64,000 bases of DNA from Podarcis pityusensis (lineage: Eukaryota): assembly GCA_964106645.2 (NCBI GenBank), contig OZ067043.1; one strand, written 5' to 3'. The first letter of the stretch is position 1; the number at the start of each line of letters is the position of its first letter. The notes under the pieces were generated by a model. That model was not told where the DNA came from, searched no databases, and saw only the letters and a program-made list of their open reading frames with translations. This document shows positions 62,854 through 64,000 of this stretch, piece after piece. The translations under genes were made by a program, and so were the position numbers.

Positions 62854-63940
62854 GCAAATAGTGAAATTTTAGACAGCTATTCTCTAGGACACCCTTTCAC
62901 ACAATTGCATTCTTTGGCTTTCAAACAAAATGGCAGCCTATTGGCCAAATGTTGCATAGGCAACATTCCATAGAGCACTTTAAGAGCCCTGCTGCCCTTT
63001 GCTGCAGCAGCCAAGTGGTGGCTCTCCTAGAGGCCACACCATAATGGATTGGGGGTGGGGGCAGCAATAGGCAGCAAGCCATCAGCAGTTGCAGCTCACA
63101 GCCCCATGGGCAAAGCAACAGCAGAGGGGCTGGGGGGCACTGATCCATCACCTCTCACATTGCTTAATGAGGGACCCACCCTATATGCCAGTCTTTAGAT
63201 ATTTCTATAGTAGAATGCCTAAGTACTTAGTTTCTATGTACTTAGTAGAATGCCTATGTACTTAGCTTCTCCTTTATGATGGTTATGTAGCAGTTTGCCC
63301 TATGGGGCTGTTTAGGTCTTGGTGTGATTAATGTATGTGATGCCGGATTGTATTTTCTTTATTCCGTGTTTTATGTACAGCTCTTTTATTGTATTGATTT
63401 TAGTGTTGTTTTGTATCTACTTTATTGTATGGTGCCATCTTTTTTGGAGGTGCAAAACCTCTTCTGTAATGGCCCCCAAACTTAGAATTCCTTTCTTATA
63501 CAGGTGCATCAGGCACCATCTCTTTGCAGCTTTAGCTGGTGGCTGGAGATGCACCTGTTCTCCTTGACCTTTCTCTGTTGAAATGTTATTGTCAGTGCCT
63601 CTCTGGTATGTAATGGCATCACACTGCTGTTCACTTGGCCGCAGACAGGTACTTTTTGCGAAATACGGTGTGACCACAAACTGGGCTCTCAGAGCTGCTG
63701 GGTCATCGCATCAGAGTTGGAGGGCGAGACAGAGGCAGTTGGGCAGGTGGCCCCTAGAGGGTTGCAGAGGTTTGGCAAGTGGGAGGTGTTTCTTTGGCAA
63801 ATTCTATTGGGAGGGAAGGGGCTTTGGCAAGGAGTAAAGATTGGGGGCAGGTGGCTTTGTAAAGTGGAGTTGATGGGGGGTATGCAGCGTTGGGGAACAA
63901 AGCAAAGAGAGGCCACAGCCGCTAGTATGTATGTGTGTAC

Positions 63941-63944
<4 letters not shown>

Positions 63945-63983
<39 letters not shown>
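63945..63983. repeat. (AGAC)n microsatellite
   Basis: Directly visible. Confidence 0.95.
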
Positions 63984-64000
63984 GAAAATGTTCTGCTGTT

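Overview
This is vertebrate genomic DNA, almost certainly squamate and probably a lacertid lizard, judged from its repeat content (Bov-B, Squam-type SINEs, CR1-tailed tRNA SINEs, L2, RTE, L1, hAT and Tc1/mariner MITEs). It contains one recognisable protein-coding gene: a minus-strand Kruppel-like factor of the KLF1/2/4/17 group, best matching non-mammalian KLF17. Its three coding exons are 28665-28573, 26914-25930 and 25219-25044 (about 417 aa), inside a CpG island, with a probable 3' UTR of about 2.4 kb. The rest is transposon-rich intergenic DNA, including a young 5'-truncated L1 with an uninterrupted ORF2 and a perfect target-site duplication (TSD). Nearly all other ORFs in the track are spurious. 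I found no clearly novel multi-gene system. The most unusual observations are: (1) the KLF17 exon-2 splice acceptor lies inside a (CAG)9 run, so acceptor choice could set polyglutamine length; (2) a MEF2/TATA element and a second CCAAT/GC-box cluster in intron 1; (3) an element of about 830 bp that is palindromic along its whole length; (4) Penelope-type inverted ends with decayed hammerhead ribozyme cores; (5) a TSD-flanked patchwork insertion. Repeat family names are from recognition, not from database searches.
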